Positions 62,530-64,000 of a DNA stretch of 64,000 bases are shown here, one piece after another. Both the position numbers and the translations under genes were made by a program. Where the stretch lies: positions 186,001 through 250,000 of the forward strand of contig NC_043025.1 of assembly GCF_006345805.1 (NCBI RefSeq), given 5' to 3'. The notes below the pieces were generated by a model that had not been told where the DNA came from, ran no database searches, and saw only the letters and a program-made list of their open reading frames with translations. How positions within the stretch are numbered: position 1 is the first letter of the stretch; every line of letters begins with the position of its first letter. This DNA is from Octopus sinensis. Lineage: Eukaryota.

Positions 62530-64000
62530 AATCCATTCGTTGTAGCTCGGAAAGAAAGAAAGAAAACACAAAGAGAGAGAAAGAAAGAAAGAAGAAAGAA
62601 AGAAAGAAATAAAGAAAGAAGAACTAAAGAAAGAAAGAAAGAAGAGTAAAGAAAGAAAGAAAAGAAAAAAAGATAGAAAGAAAAAAGAAATTAAGTAAAA
62701 GGGAAACAAAAGAAATAAATAAAAGAAAGAAAGAGAATAGAAAAAAGAAAGAAAGAAAGAATGAGATTAAGAAAAGAATGAGAGTGGAGAGAGAGAGTAA
62801 AAGAAGAAAGAATGAAAGAGAAAGAGAGAGGGAGGAAGAAAGAAAAGAGAAAAAGAAGGAATGATAGAAGGGAGGGGGAAGGAAAAAAGTAATGTGATTC
62901 TGTAATAATACATGAAATGAGAGCGGAAGAAATAAATAAAGAAAGAAAGAAAGGAAAAAGAAAGAAAGAAAGGAAAAAAGAAAGAAAGTAAGAAAGAAAT
63001 TAAGAAAGAAAGAAAGAAAGGGAGAAAGAAAGGAGCAAGAAAAGAAAAAGAAGGAAGGAAAGGTAGAAAGAAAAGAAAGATAGAAAGGGAAAAGAAGGAA
63101 ATTTAGAAAGAATGAAACAAAAATAGAAAGGAGGAAAGGGGAAAGAAAGGAAAGAAGAAAAGATAGAAGGAAAAAGAAGGAAAGATAGAAAGAATGAAGG
63201 GAAGAAAGAAGGAAAAAGAAGGAAAAAAGAAGGAAAGAAAGAGAGAAAGATAAGAGCTGGGCGAGAGGGAGAGAGAGAAAAAGGAGAAAAGGAAAAGAAA
63301 ACAAAGAAAAGCAACGAAACAACGACGAAAAAAAGAAAGGAAGAAAAAGAAAAGAAGCAAAGGAGAAGGAAAGATAAGAGCGAAGAAAGAAAAGAGAATG
63401 AAGGGAAAGAAGAAGGAAATGAAAAACTGAAAGAAAACTAAAGAAATAACGAAAATGAAAGAAGGAAACAGAAAAAGATGAGAGAAATGAAAGAAGAAAT
63501 AAATAAAGAAAGAAAGAAAGGAAGGGGAATGAATGAAAGAAAGAAAGAGTAAGAAAGGAAGAAAGAAAGAAAGAAAAAAGAAAGAAAGAAAGAAAGAAAA
63601 AAGAAAGAAAGAAAGAAAGAAAAAAGAAAGAAAGAAAGGAAATTGAAAGAAAGAAAGAAAGGAAATTGAAAGAAAGAAAGAAAGAAAGGAAGAAAGAAAG
63701 GAAGAGAGGAAAATGAACGAAAAAAAGGAAGAAAGAAAGAATAAGAGAGAGATAGAAAGGAAGGTGACGTAATTCTGTAAAAATGATAAGATGTAAGAGG
63801 GAGAGGGAGAGAGAGAGGAGGAGTATGAGATGAGAGAGAAAGAATAAAAAGGTGGAGCATTAATATATAATAAGGTAATAGAGAGAGGGAGAGGGAGAGA
63901 GGGAGAAAGAGAGAGACAGACAAACAGAGACACGGAGACAGAGAGAGAGACATGAGAAGCGAGAGGGAGAAAGAGAGAGACTGAAATAGAGAAATGGAGA
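62530..64000. repeat. Purine-rich (GAAA/GGAA/GA)n tract with embedded conserved motifs
   Basis: About 1.5 kb of near-pure purine on the plus strand; motifs shared with 53200-54640 on the minus strand. Confidence 0.9.

Noticed and set aside
62512-63953. Long F/L/S-rich ORFs (up to 276 aa) as membrane proteins
   Set aside because: Translations of a purine-rich simple repeat whose minus strand lacks stops by composition.

Overview
Eukaryotic, almost entirely repeat-derived DNA (AT-rich, dense TA/CA/GA microsatellites, one 100-N scaffold gap at 17038-17137). I found no host protein-coding gene, rRNA, true tRNA or CRISPR array. The SINE families and microsatellite profile resemble octopod (Octopus-like) genomes; this is an inference from recall, not a search. 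Contents: an R4/Dong-clade LINE ending in (TAA)n (1-2750); a degenerate near-full RTE LINE (7145-10260) plus fragments; a near-intact CR1-group LINE (about 28885-33496); a Gypsy LTR element with a 5-bp TSD inserted into a SINE (41167-44549); several non-autonomous Helitrons; hAT and mariner MITEs; long palindromes; and many tRNA-derived SINEs of about four families (called A-D here). Best leads: (1) the CR1 ORF1 appears to join an N-terminal Myb/SANT-like domain, too short for the ORF track, to two CCCH zinc fingers; (2) a SINE-derived 182-185 bp satellite whose unit junction recurs at independent loci, nested in a higher-order duplication (8 vs 14 units); (3) a Gypsy LTR pair with matching ends but a non-homologous core; (4) a twin-priming-like inversion in an RTE copy; (5) Helitrons retaining STPR-like repeat relics; (6) a cryptic conserved repeat hidden in GA-rich low-complexity DNA. 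All alignments and identities were judged by eye, and most boundaries are approximate.
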